From NCBI RefSeq assembly GCF_964204645.1, contig NC_134025.1:17645101-17709100 (forward strand): 64,000 nucleotides of DNA, in the 5' to 3' direction. This stretch comes from Tubulanus polymorphus. Taxonomy: Eukaryota > Animalia > Nemertea. Below are positions 12,849 through 25,434 of this stretch, in pieces; the stretch's first letter is position 1; every line of letters starts with the position of its first letter. A model generated the notes under the pieces. The model was given only the letters and a program-made list of their open reading frames with translations. It was not told the DNA's origin and did no database searches. Made by a program: the position numbers and the translations under genes.

Positions 12849-13559
12849 TTGAGGTCTTTTGTTAAGAAGCTTTTGTAACAACGACAATGACTAAGATACA
12901 ATGAATGGCACTCTATGTTGTTTAGCACCAATCACGTCATAATCCACGCCATCTTCCGGTTGAAGTTAGGAACTAACACAGCTATTTTTAGCAGAAAATC
13001 GGAGGCTTGAAGACAAGTTTAAAACCATTTTCTTTACTGACAAACTTATTCTTGACATGTAAAATTTATATTTTCATGAATATTGAACATATATCTAACA
13101 TTGATAAAGAAACTATGGGAAGTCAGGATGATGGCATGTGCTCTTTAATGAATTTCACAAAACCATGATCCTTACAATGAGTCAATTCATTAGTTCTGTT
13201 CGTAAATCAAATTACGTTGGCTACATTTCCAGCAGATTTCTGGCTCAAATCAACGTAATATGGACAGAAATGGTAGGAATTGTCTTACGGTATTTTACTT
13301 CCGCGTTCACTCAATGACTCGCATCGATTACAACGACAGCAGAATTTATGTAATTTAAGGTGAGAATCCGATTACCAGGGAATGTTTTACATGATTTCTT
13401 TATGATATGAGTACATATGGTAGCAAATGATCATTGTTGGCTAGCTACTTTACCTAGCTTTTTTGTGGGGATACGCCAAGAACAGATAGATTTAGGCCCT
13501 AAATGTAGTGAGTAGAGCCAGTGTAAAGCCTAAGTAGTTATTAAGGGGTAGATTTACAC

Positions 13560-15450
13560 ATATGTGTACGACTATCTATTTCTATTACTTTCTTTCCGGC
13601 TATTATTCAGGGCCGATTATTCGTTGAATGAACTGATCACAACGGTCTTCAAATCCTTCAATTTGGAATGGATTAATTTTTGTATCAGTCTGATGGCTTG
13701 GAAATATTCAGCAGATCTGTGCGTGTGTGTGATGTGTGTGTTACTTGGTTTTATGGCGATGAAAACAATGTTTTCTGTGATCCTATAAGTGACCCTGTCA
13801 GTGTCTCTAATTCAAAATCCACTAAATCTAAAGCCAAGAAAAAGAAAAGGGATAGAACTTCATCTGTTGATGCTGTGACTGAACTAACAAACGAATTCCA
13901 GAACGTAGTAACGACAACTCAGGCTACAAAACACTATTAGAGCAGAATGAAACTAAAATATCTCAGCTTAAAATTGAAAATGAATACTTCAAGTCGGAAA
14001 TAAGTACCCTCACAAAAACTACAGAACAACAATCGACTAAGATAACTCAACAGAAAATCAACTTAAAGAGTTGAATGCCGGTTGATTATCTACAGCATCG
14101 GGCATTTGCTGGACTCTTTTATTATATAAGAAATCAATTTAACCGTCGGAAATAGGAATACCACCTGATACACCCTACCATGACATGTGTAAAATATTGG
14201 ATTATTTGCTTGCTATTGTAACTTTTTATAATTATAATTATCAAGTTACTGTGGCTATCTATATTCATCAGCCTTTTATTTTGCTATTTTTGTAATTTGC
14301 TTATTCTATTACTTCATCTTATTACTTGGTGGTGTTGTATAACTGCAATTAGTAAACACACAGCAAATTTCAGAACCATAAAATTACTGTGTATATGATT
14401 TGTGCTATGGCTGATGGTCCCTGGTTCTATGGACATTTTATTTATGCTAGTCTGTACAAAAATAACAATCCTCTTGAGCAATGATGTTGAATTAAATCCA
14501 GGACCTGAATTAACTCTGAACGTTCTTTATAGCAATATAAGAAGTATAGGCGCTGACGACGGTGCTAGATTTGAATATTTAACTGATTTTCTTCATACCC
14601 AAAATTGCTGCCACATCTGAAGTGGGAGACGTACCCATCAATGAATATATGATTAAAGATTTTGATATTATACACTATTGTAAGTTAAATCATGGTCTGA
14701 TTGTTTATGTTCATAATTCAGTATCTTGTAAAGTACGTCAGGACTTTATGAATGGCAATAGTAATGCCATTTGGGTCACAACAGACATAAACCATAGTAA
14801 ATTTCACTTTGGTTTCTATTATAGGTCTCCCTTACAGAATTCTGAGGACCGCCATGCCTACTTTAATTTGTTACAGGATTCTATTCAAATAGCTCATAAC
14901 TCAAATGATCTTACTAAATATTCGTCATGGGTGATTTCAACTGTAAACATAATGTATGGTGTAAAACTGATGTCACTGATTCATCTGGTAGGGAATTAAA
15001 ATCTATTATGGATGATTCAAATATGCTTCAACTTGTTTCTGTATCTACTAGGGTAGTTAAAAATAGTTCTTCCTGTACAGATTTAATATTTTATGATTCA
15101 CCAGGATTTGTAAATAGTCACTCTGTCTATGCACCTATTGGTAGAACAGACCATAGTTCGTTGTTACTAAAGCTAAATGATAGTTGTCCATAAAAATCTG
15201 TTTACGAAAAATGTATATGGCACTATGATGCCTGTGACGAGACTAAACTTAGTGCTAATTTTATAAACTCAGACTGGAATTCAATTTTTAATGAAGATGA
15301 TACTGACACAATGGTCAGTAAGTTTACTTAAACACTGTCTGAAATTTTGTCTCAGTCTATACCCAACAAATCTGTTAATATCAAGTAATTCTAAGCCATG
15401 GTTTAGGGCCAATATCAAGCACGAGATTAATAGAAGAAATGAAGGTATTT
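13560..15450 (+). mobile_element. 5' part of a CR1/L2-group LINE: ORF1 remnant, 2A-like peptide and APE endonuclease (decayed)
   Basis: LLSNDVELNPGP followed by YSNIRSI, FYYRSP, MGDFNCKH, DLIF and TDH APE motifs spread over frameshifted ORFs (14402-15193), then KPWF. Confidence 0.8.
14483..14506 (+). other. 2A-like StopGo motif DVELNPGP
   Basis: GAT GTT GAA TTA AAT CCA GGA CCT matches D(V/I)ExNPGP and lies immediately before the APE domain. Confidence 0.75.
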
Positions 15451-15780
15451 CAAGATGGCCGACATGTACTGGTCATTATAAATACCTGCTCTGGCAAAAC
15501 AGATATTTTTACTGCTTTTCTACTACAAGATGAGGCTGTAAATTACTCTGGATGTGACATTAAACATTTCTGATAGGATTCAATCAAAATTGGAAGTAAA
15601 TCTCCTGATGCTGACGGCGATTTCGACAGTCTTGTAGTTTTATATTTGAATCCATGGATTTAGCTATGTGGCATTCCTGAGGCCCAGTTAGTTGAATCGT
15701 ACACATACTCAAAACTTATTCTGACACCTAACAAACACTGTATTGTGTATATTGGATATCATACCAAATAATCAAAACGT

Positions 15781-16492
15781 GTGGATCATATTCTAAGCCA
15801 TATGTCAGAGAACAAAGAACCTGAGTTTTTCGTGGATGCCAGCAATAGTGACAAACCAGCGTCAAAAAATGCACCGCAACGTCTAGATCAGCACACCAAA
15901 TCAATCGATAATCTAGTATACAGAACGGAGGAGAGACTCAACACAATTGAAACGGAAAGAGAAAAAGAGAATTCCAAACACCAAAAAGAACTTTGTGACC
16001 TCAAGAGTGAAATAAAACAACTGAAATGTCAAGTAAATGAAGCACGATGTGCATCTGCTGAAAATAATCAGTATTCGTGCTGGAGTCAGGTAAGAATTTA
16101 TGGAATCGAAGAAACTCAGTCCAAGGATTGTATCGAAACTTCAATAAAGTCGTTAAACAAGCACCTTAAACTTATGGATTAGTAAAAAAGACATAGAAGT
16201 TGCCCACCGTGTAGGTCAAAATTCGAAGGATGAAAATGATGAACTTAAACCGAAAGGGATGATAATACGGTTCTAGCGAGACAGAATTATTCGTAAACGC
16301 TCTATGTTGAAGGGAACAGGGATTATTATACGTGAAGACTTATGCCCCCAAATCGCGAAATCGTGCGTTAAACTCAAAAACTTTATGTGAACGTCTGGAC
16401 AATGAATGGGAAAGTATTTGGAATCAGTCACCGGAACGGTAAAAAAGTTATCATAAAACTCTACGAGCCGTTACCAACTTGGAAAATACTGT
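15781..16492 (+). pseudogene. LINE ORF1 (coiled coil plus RRM/Transposase_22-like) remnant
   Basis: Coiled coil, then ENNQYS..VRIYGIEE, DIEVAHRVG, PKGMIIRF, LKGTGIIIREDL, VWTMNGKVF across stops and frameshifts. Confidence 0.75.
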
Positions 16493-16517
16493 AAAAGAAT
16501 CAGAAATATTCATTGAA

Positions 16518-16571
16518 TCTCTCTCTCTCTCTCTGCCTCTGCCTCTGCCTCTGCCTCTGCCTCTGCCTCTG
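16518..16571. repeat. (CT)n / (CTCTGC)n microsatellite
   Basis: Directly visible. Confidence 0.9.
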
Positions 16572-17490
16572 GTAAAAAAACCTAAAATCTGTTTTGCTAT
16601 AACTTTAGGCTAGAAGACTATATTCAGTTAGCCTCGGTTCTAGTTGGCTGATCTAGGCCATACTTTTTTTGACACAAACAGAATTTAGTTTGTGATTATC
16701 TAGTTATATACGCAGTAACAACCTTTATTTTTTCTTTTCTTCTGAATTTCCTGCGGTATACTTGCTTATTCTTAATTTATCATATATAAAATTGTTATTG
16801 ATAGACTCTTATAGGTCTCCTATTGAAATCATTAGTAATGGTAGACAGAAAACCATAATACTACGTGAAATATACAGAGTATTCGGCACCAATGAAAATG
16901 ACTTTTTAGACGATTATAAAAATGTTTTGTTAAAAGTAAATAAATTGCCAATAGGGTGGCAGGGAGATTATTTTATATTTTCAAAAAAATATGTTTCACA
17001 ATATGAAAAAAATATTCAAACAAGGCCATCCCAAAATAATTGTCTGTTTGCCGTAACACCGACTCATCTTTTCAGGATGAGTCGGTAGGTAAGAAAAATT
17101 TTTTTTTGCTAAATTTTTGGGCAAAAAAAAAAAATTTATCACCTTTTTACATGAAAACAATATCGCAAAAATCATCTACGTTGTGCACGGGAAATTTGTC
17201 TAATAGCGTAGATTTCGAGAATTATTCTAAAATTATAACTTCGTCCAGAGCGTCATCTCTGCGTAAAAATGAAACAGTACATTGAATATTACAATTTTTA
17301 GTATGAAAATTTGTATTCCCGAGTATACTTACCTGCAAAACATACTAGCCAGTAACCTTAGCTTGCTGGTATAACCGCCCGAAATTCAACTTGGCCTACT
17401 ACCACCAGCCGGTGGCGCCACCGGAAGTACGCTCATATAATTCTTGGGTAACATAACCCAATGAAAGGGGAGGCGGGAGGGACTAAAACG

Positions 17491-17587
17491 TATGTTTCGC
17501 AGGAAAGTATACTCGGGAATACAAATTTTCATACTAAAAATTGTAATATTCCCTTCATATACATTCCCTGCAAAACATACTAGCCAG
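17491..17587. repeat. DIRS internal complementary region (ICR)
   Basis: 17491-17550 is the near-exact reverse complement of 17285-17344. 17546-17587 is the reverse complement of 32492-32533. Confidence 0.9.
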
Positions 17588-17926
17588 AATCCGACTGATT
17601 AGGAGGGATGGCCAAGTTGAAAAACAAATACACCCAAAAAATGAACACAGACCCCCAAAAATAAGAACTATGCTCACCTTTCGAGCTGAAAGACAGCGAC
17701 CCTAACGAATGAGATCCGATCCCTGCCGAGACGCTCCAAGGGTTAATAAAAATACACGGGTAGTCCCCTCTGTCCTACCACAACATCGCATACCCAAGAA
17801 AAACAAAAATTACTTGGTAATTACAGAACATGTCCAATTTCATCCCTGTGAAACCCAGACAGTAAACACAGCGAACTGAAACACGAGATTCCCTGAATCG
17901 CAGGCAAATCCTTCCAGTGAAAAACC

Positions 17927-19213
17927 CTAATCCCCTGGACCCGGAAGAAAGGGGTCCGCAGGAATACGCGAGTCAACCGGCTTAGGGGGACGCCTAACCC
18001 CTTGAGCCATAACTACAGAACCAATGGCCGTTAACGACCCTAACTGGCCTGACACGTCACGAAGATAGAAGGACGAGAACGTAGATGGGGGGCCCCAGAA
18101 GGCCGCCTTACAGATTGCATCAATAGACGCGCCCGTGAAGGCAGACCAAGAAGAAGCAAGCGATCTGACCTGATGCGAAACTACTTCCTGGGACTCTGGG
18201 GCTCCTTCCCTATTTAAAGCCTCTTTAATCAAGGTCACAATCCATCTCCCTACTGTATCTCTAGAGATATCCCTGTCCGAATTCTCCATTAGAGACAAAA
18301 ACAACCTTTCCCTCCCCTTTCTAAAGGGTAAGGTGCGAGCTAAATAAGCTTTGAGCGCCCTGACTGGGCAGAGAGCCCCATCTGGCAAATCATCCGAAAC
18401 CCGATAGGCTAAAGCCTGTATCGTCCATGACCTCCCTGCTGATGACAATTTTTGGTTCTTGGCCAAAAACCCAAGCCCAGGCCTCAAGGTGACCGAGCGA
18501 TCAAGTGGACCAAAAACCACATGACCAGGCCTCACCGACAGAGCATGGAGCTCGGACCTCCGAGCTGCCATAGCCAAGCATAAAAGGAAAGCAGTCTTCC
18601 TGGTCAGTCTGGCCAAAGAAAGAACTGCTAATGGCTCATAAGGATGCTCCATTAAGTATTTCAAAACCACAGTCAGATCCCAAGGAGGAATATCTCTTGA
18701 CAACCGCGGCCGCTGAATCGAAAAACCCGCAATTAATTGGGCTATTCTAGGGTCATCTGTGACCAATGGACGACCTGCGGCCTTCAAGGTGTGCGCTATA
18801 GCCGACCTATAGCCCTTGATAGTCACCACCTGCTGACCTTTGTCACGGAACAAAAACAAGAGAAAATCCGCCACATCTGCTACAGCGTGTAAGAGACAAT
18901 CAACTTGTCGCCCACCGCACCAATCCTGGAACAGCTGCCACTTCGAATCATACTGGGCCCCAGTGGACGACCTCCTAGACCCCAGGATAAATTTGGCAGA
19001 TGCCGACGAAAAACCTTGAGTCTGCAAGGATCGCTTGACAGTGGCCAAGCGTGTAGATTGAGCCATTGCAGGTTGGGGTGCTGACGAAACCGCCCTTGAG
19101 ACAGGAGAAACGGTTCCTGAGGAAGCAGCCTGGGATGGTCGCAGAGTAGATGTAACAGCCTCACGAACCACGACTGAGCCGGCCAGCAAGGAGCTATCAG
19201 GAGAACGTTGCAC
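17927..19213 (-). CDS. DIRS tyrosine recombinase
   Basis: Open 428-aa frame with SAM-like region (TIKGYRSAI), AARRSELHAL (R), LCPVRALKAYL, HQVRSLASS (HxxR), W and FYLR (Y). Confidence 0.9.
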   Translation of the reverse strand: MQRSPDSSLLAGSVVVREAVTSTLRPSQAASSGTVSPVSRAVSSAPQPAMAQSTRLATVKRSLQTQGFSSASAKFILGSRRSSTGAQYDSKWQLFQDWCGGRQVDCLLHAVADVADFLLFLFRDKGQQVVTIKGYRSAIAHTLKAAGRPLVTDDPRIAQLIAGFSIQRPRLSRDIPPWDLTVVLKYLMEHPYEPLAVLSLARLTRKTAFLLCLAMAARRSELHALSVRPGHVVFGPLDRSVTLRPGLGFLAKNQKLSSAGRSWTIQALAYRVSDDLPDGALCPVRALKAYLARTLPFRKGRERLFLSLMENSDRDISRDTVGRWIVTLIKEALNREGAPESQEVVSHQVRSLASSWSAFTGASIDAICKAAFWGPPSTFSSFYLRDVSGQLGSLTAIGSVVMAQGVRRPPKPVDSRIPADPFLPGPGD

Positions 19214-20809
19214 GACTCCGTGTCATCGATCTTGGACAGCACCTGATTCAGCAGAGGAGAGGGCGAAACGCATAAGCGTGCAGACCCTCCCAATCTATCG
19301 ACAGGGCAACCACCTGCCACGCATTTGCGTCTTGAAATGGGGATACGAACACCGAGCACCTGGCGTTGAACCTGGTCACAAAAAGATCCAATACAGGGTG
19401 GCCCGTCAGAGCCTTGACCCTGTTGGCCACAGATTGGTGAAGTACCCATTCCGTCGGGATCGCTTTGTCCTGACGCGAGAGGGCGTCGGCCACTACATTC
19501 CGCGCCCCGGCTAGGTGAGACACCGACAACTGAATGTTGTGGGCTTGAGCCCACAACAGCACTTCCGTCGCCAGAGATGACAGCTGGAATGACCGGATGC
19601 CTCCCTGATTTTTCAGATAAGCTCGGACTGTTGTGTTGTCAGTCACCACCCAGACATGACGGCCCTCGAACCTCTTCACAAAAAACCTCAAGGCCTTCAA
19701 CACTGCCAGAAGCTCGAGGTAGTTTATATGAAACTTCGACTCCCGGCCCGACCACACCCCCGCCTTCCGCGACTCCTTGACGTGAGCACCCCATCCGTAA
19801 TGGCTCGCATCCGTATACAGATGGACTGGAGCGGGGCTAGGGATGCTCCCTGCGTCACATTCCGTGGAAGCATCCACCATCGAAGGGCGCCCAAAAGATG
19901 GGGGGGGGGCGTGGGGGGCATAAACGCATCCCAACTGAGACTTAAGGCAGCGCACGAGGTCTTCCAAAACCTCTGCAGCGGCCGACTGTGAAGCCTGCCC
20001 AATGGAACTACGGCTGACATGGAGCTGATCTGACCCAGGACCCTGCTCCAATACCGAGCAGAGTGGGGAACTCCCTGTAACAGAGGACGAAGAGCCTGGC
20101 ACTGCTTCAGTACTCTGGCTGCGGTGGGGTGAACGCGTCCCTGTCGCAAATCGAAGTCCATACCGAGGTATGTGAACTCCTGAGACGGCGAAAGCCGGGA
20201 CTTCTCTGTGTTGACTCTGAAGCCCAGGTCTTGTATCATGCCGAGGGTCAATTCGACCCCGCGGCGACACTTCTCGCGAGAGGCCCCTACTATCAGCCAA
20301 TCGTCCAGGTAGACGTAAAGCCTTACCCCTCGAGATTGCAACTTTTTCTAAACCCTGACTAGTTTGGAGAAGACCCAGGGTGCCGAGCTGAGCCCGAAGG
20401 GCAGAGAACGGAACTGATACACTTGCCCCTTCCACTTCACCAGGAGATATTTCCTGTAGCTGGGGTGGATAGGGACCTGGAAATAAGCATCCTTTAGATC
20501 TATGGATGCTGCCCATTGACCCGGGCGTAGCCCTTGAATGATTTCCTTTGGCGTGGTCATTTTGAACTTTTGACAATCGAGGTACTTGTTCAGCATCGAC
20601 AGATCTATGACCGTTCTGAGACCTCCGGACGCCTTGGGTACTGTAAAAATTCTCGAGTACCAGCCCGGAGACCCTGGATCCTCGACCAATTCCAGTGCCC
20701 TTTTGTCCCAGAGCTTTTGAATGGCTGGATCTATGTGCAGCTCCTGGCCCTGTTTGGGATTCATGTCCTCCGGGCTCCTGGTCAAGGGCGGCCTCTCTCT
20801 GAACGACAT
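18880..20809 (-). pseudogene. DIRS pol: reverse transcriptase, RNase H and adenine methyltransferase-like domain (disrupted)
   Basis: IDLKDAYFQVPI, LPFGLSSAPWVF, in-frame TAG at 20348-20350, YLDDWL; frameshift near the G/C runs at about 19900. RNase H: DASHYGWG..HINYLELLAV..TDNTT..ADALSR. MT: DLFVTRFN..AYAF..LIAPCWPAQSWF..LHAW. Confidence 0.9.
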
Positions 20810-20912
20810 GCGATACCCGGTCGAGACAACCCGAGTCGGCCAGGTATCGCCAAAAACGGCGGACCACTGGGAAGCGCAGGTTTGTTAACAGTCCCCCACT
20901 AGTCCTTGGCCT

Positions 20913-21285
20913 TCAAAGCTTGTCCTTCCTCGCGAACTTCCGAAACCCCTGTCCTTTCTTGGGGCCTTTTCCCTTCCCCTTGAAGGACCTATTCCGGGCC
21001 TCGGGCTCGCCCAACTGCTGTCTAGGGGCTGAACCCCAACCAGACTTCTGTTGCAGCTTGGAGGACAAATCAACACTGGAGGTGCCCTGGTCACCCAACT
21101 TCTTCGGAATAAGCCACACTCCGGGCTTACTCTGAGTTTCCCTGATCTTCTGTGCCTGGACTGCAGCCGGGTCACACCAACCGGAAAACAAGCGAGACGA
21201 ATCGCCGAGCGGAGCTCTGTATAAGGCCTTCTTCACTGGGTCCGGAAGTTTGGCATCCTTTAACAACGACTGATGCGCCACCAGA
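20913..21285 (-). pseudogene. DIRS gag C-terminal part
   Basis: Joins in frame to 30195 once the insertion and one CAGA are removed: QANLAL-VAHQSLLKDAKLPDPVKKALYRAPLGDSSRLF. Confidence 0.8.
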
Positions 21286-21438
21286 AACACATTATTATTC
21301 GAAAATGGAATTATTAAATTCGTGGAATCAGTTGTAAAGTTGAAAAAAGAATTACGGTTATGATTGGGCCAGGATAAAGACAAAGCAATCAGTAACCTGG
21401 CAGACTAGGTTGAGGCAAATGTATGATTCATCAGTGGA

Positions 21439-21600
21439 ACACTGACCGAGGCTACAATATTGTAACCTAGGTCGGTTGACTTGCGCGGAATTATCTGCAT
21501 ACACTGACCGAGGCTACAATATTGTAACCTAGGTCGGTTGACTTGCGCGGTTTATCTGCATACACTGACCGAGGCTACAATATTGTAACCTAGGTCGGTT
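21439..21600. repeat. Subterminal 61-62-bp repeats (3 copies) with a 28-bp imperfect palindrome
   Basis: ACACTGACCGAGGCTACAATATTGTAACCTAGGTCGGTT at 21439, 21501 and 21562. Confidence 0.9.
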
Positions 21601-23621
21601 TACTGCATTATATTTGCAGTATTCACTCATCCAAGATTAAGATCAGTCAGTTAACTTGATCAGTTTTTGAAGTTATTGCTGGTCCGATATCAGTCGGTTG
21701 ATTTGTAGTTTTGACTAACGAGGAATCCAAAAGTGTTTCAGTCAAACGTCTCCTATCATTGAGGAATGACTTGAACAGTTAGGAATGTACATCGTACACA
21801 TTCCAAATTAAGGGTTTAAAAGAAGTTTAAGTGAGAGCCTTATACTTATATTGCACAATTGCCATGATTGATACGAAAACGTTTCTAGAATCGGATGACA
21901 ATTTATATAGAATTGGAGTCAGATGTGCATTGTTTTGGGGATGTTCGAACTTCGCTGAATCACTGAATCGTTGATTATTATATTAATTTCGCTGATTTGA
22001 ATTTACGCGGAATCCATGCACATTTTACATATTCTAAAGAAAATGTTTCATTAGACCAATTCATTGATAAATTTCGTTACATATATTCTATTAAAATTCA
22101 GTTGGATTACGGTAACGAATGTATTTTGCGGAGAGCGGTAACGGCTTTCGGCTTACGTCATCGGTACTTCGATGTAGTCTTACGGCTTTAATAGTGATTC
22201 GCCCTGGGGACCCGAGTTTCAGATATGACAGAAAGATATACAAAAAATCGCGTATAAAACAAGTATTGTGCCAGATCTAATTTAGAATTTTATGATTTTT
22301 GGTTTATATTTGCGAATATAAAACATGCTGGTGCATTCATACTGTCATAAATCTTTGATTCTGTAGAAATAAATTTGTCTTTTTTGAATTTGGCTTCATT
22401 TGTCTTCAAGGATATATGAGAGACGAAAATACAAATAAAATCATATGTTCATGAAATAGATTATGTCTTTAGATCTCTTTACTTGGACGAAAGACTACAA
22501 AAAATTTTCCCAAAAAATGTATCTAAAATACTTAGAATTAACCTACAATTATTGTTTATTTCGATACAATCAATTTTTAAGTAATCCATGTGATGTTCAC
22601 TTTGTCACGCTGTTCTCTGCTTGTTCATTTATGAATATTGAACCCTTTAATGCTTGTTAGAATTGATACCTTAACCGAAATGTCATTTCATAGTTATACA
22701 GTTTGTTTGAAATGATATCACAACTTCTAATATAAGATCAAAATAATAGTGCATTAATCTAATACCCATTACTCACTTAGGGTATGCTAGTGAGAATAAG
22801 CCTAACAATTATCATTATTGATTGAATAAATACTGAAATAAATTCAGTTGAGATGTTCACGTAGTTTTGAAATCAGTTATTCCAATTTGATAAAAAAACC
22901 TCTTCTGGTCTAAGTAAAAGAATGCAAGGCTGAAATTTCAGTTTCACATGCTTTCCTACTTTGTTGAGTAAATTGTTTGTATAGGTTATCAAAAGCCCAG
23001 CAGCAGCTATCAGTCAACAGGTGAATTACACTGGCTAACTAGACAGTGATTGATGAACGAATGAACAAACTGCACTGACCGCCAAAAATAATGACCTCTT
23101 AATAGTAATAAACTTAGCACCTCAAAACTCTATTTGAAGATGCCAATGAAATAAAATGCCAATCAATTGCTGAATTTTAAGGTACTTTATCAGTTTTTTT
23201 TCCAATATAACTCATTTTCTCAAATTATCGTAGAATAAAAACTAATTTTATATCAGTGGCACCATGTTCTACGACAAAAAGGCATTCATGGTAAGAATAA
23301 CGTTACCAATTCGTTAGATTGGAAGTGAATGCAGGCTAGGACCAAAAAAGGTGCCGATTTAAGATGCCGATATACAGAGAATCTCTCCCGTAGCGACTGA
23401 CACGGTTGCATATACCTTCCGTGGCGACAAGTAATAATTTTCTATGTAAACGACTACATGACCCGAAGTAGTCGAATAGAACACTAATCCGATAAATGAA
23501 GAAATTCTGCAATAAAATTTCATACGATGACATTTAATTATCAAAAGTAAACCGCAACAACGTTCGGATTTTCAGTGACTGCCATCTGACTTAAAGCTCA
23601 AACCACTGGAATGTCTACATT

Positions 23622-23663
23622 CCACCTGATGATGGCTGTTAGTCAACAGCCAAAACGTTGCGG
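23622..23663 (+). ncRNA. Decayed minimal type I hammerhead ribozyme motif
   Basis: CCAC-CTGATGA-tGGCTGTT agtc AACAGCC-aAAAC GTT-GCGG. G12 reads A here, while the homolog at 45351-45394 has GAAA. Confidence 0.55.
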
Positions 23664-25434
23664 TTTCATCTCAACACATGTTATCATATTAAGAGTTCTA
23701 TTACGGTATTTCTTCATTCATGACCTCACGGTGAAGATCACCAAAGGCCGTTACCGTAATCCAAATGAAATCTTGAATACTATACGAAATTTCTCATTTC
23801 TATTATATTCGGCCTCAGTTCGGAAGATTTCTTTAGAATGCATTGATAGATCCACATAAATCTATTATAGATACAGCATATCTTATTTTTTTCAAATCAA
23901 CATTTCAGCGAAATTAATATAAAATCATGGGAGGTTCGAACACTCCAAAATGCACATCTAAATTTATGATGCAAAGACATCCAGACCCCCGTTGAAAATA
24001 AACCACCATTTCAATAATGAGAGGTTAGCCTGCATTTATGATTACGCTTCTAATTTAAGAAATTAAATCAAAATATTAATGCAGACATGCTTGAAAATAT
24101 CTGCATTTGTTAAAATCGAATTCTGCATTAAACTAATATCGCCATAAAAAGAAGGAAATTTCGATTCATCGTAAAACTCCATAACCAATGACAATTTGTA
24201 AACTTATTTACTCCAATCTCGATTTTTATTGGTTAGACTATCTTCTGAGACACTCAAAATACAACTATATCCGAAACTATAGCGTGGGTATAGAATTTTC
24301 CACTAGTTTCTCAATGTGTTCATGTTGTCACGTATCACCGACATGGGGTCAGGCCCTCATCCATTTTTCTGACGCTTGAATATAATTTTTTTCATCGCCT
24401 GCTGTTAAAGGATACCAGTGTAAAACCGTTATTGTCGTATTTCTGCATAGCGTTACATTCTGAAATTCTTCAACAGTTCGTGGGCTTAGATAGATTTTAA
24501 CCTTCATTTTATACATCAGATAATCGTTATTTTCCTTTTTACATAAAACATGCCTGAAATTGTGAGCATATACCATTCCTAATTTCAACTAAGAAAGTGC
24601 TCAGAAAGCACCTAAACACATCTCATTCTTCGAAGACCACACCCCTTTTGTGCCTTATGCACCTGTGGCCCTTTCTCCAAAAGCTAGATTCTGGAACATT
24701 TTACTGAATTACTCAATGGCATTTATTTCAAGTCTGCCCCCCCCCCCGCGATCATGCCACTCTCCAAAAGCGTCTTCTTTTCAGTTTGGATTCGCTTGCC
24801 AGATTCCCTGTTATAAATAGCGACATATGCTTCAGATTTGCAGTGATACGTGACAATATAAACAGCGTATAAACAGTAGTGCAAAACTGTATGCAAACGC
24901 TATAGTTTTCAGGGCAGTTAAAATATTCTGAATATGCTCTTTGAGGATGTGAAATATATGAGCGATAAAACTCTAACCGATAACCATCGAGCTAAATCTG
25001 TTTGTATAATGTGATAAGTTTTGAAGTTTTAAGATTAATCGAAATTGCCTTTATATCATGGCAATAATTTAATGAAAATTCAATTGGAAGATTAAATGCA
25101 GCTTTTTCAAGGATAGGTCAACATGATTTTTGATTATTTTTGTCATTAAAATGGTTTATTTTCGGAAAAATACCCCAGTAAATATCCCTCCGGTAAAAAT
25201 CTCCTCTAGGTAAATGTCCCCCTTGCTAGCAGCAACATTTAATAAAATACTTCAATATTCTGATTTTGAAAAGCTTAAATCGTTTCAAAAATTTCAAATT
25301 TTCCGTGTTGTCTTTCCAAATATTCATCTTGAATAATCTGTGACTTTTACTATGCTGCGTACCTACATATAAGATGACATAATTCGTGACTTTTAGCAAG
25401 CAACATGCGTAAAAAATGATGATATTATCAGATG

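Larger units (their letters stand above)
7451..13144 (+). mobile_element. Full-length Kolobok DNA transposon
   Basis: TTAA TSD (7447-7450, 13145-13148) and perfect 19-bp TIR AGAGCACATGCCATCATCC (7451-7469 / 13126-13144) with AG..CT ends. Encodes a THAP-DDE transposase and a convergent KolX gene, the canonical Kolobok layout. Confidence 0.93.

Noticed and set aside
7451-13144. piggyBac, P element or KolobokP assignment; domesticated THAP or P2X7 host genes
   Set aside because: AG..CT ends, the motifs and KolX fit ordinary Kolobok. No long terminal direct repeats or His-Me nuclease were seen, there is no P2X channel domain, and both genes lie inside intact TIRs.
19248-20867. 539-aa ORF as a single real protein
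   Set aside because: It is a chimera: an alternative frame over RT that enters the RNase H frame after a frameshift near 19900.
21439-21600. Palindromic repeats with about 61-bp period resembling a CRISPR array
   Set aside because: The spacers are near-identical, there are no cas genes, the context is eukaryotic, and the repeats are mirrored at the other end of a TIR element.
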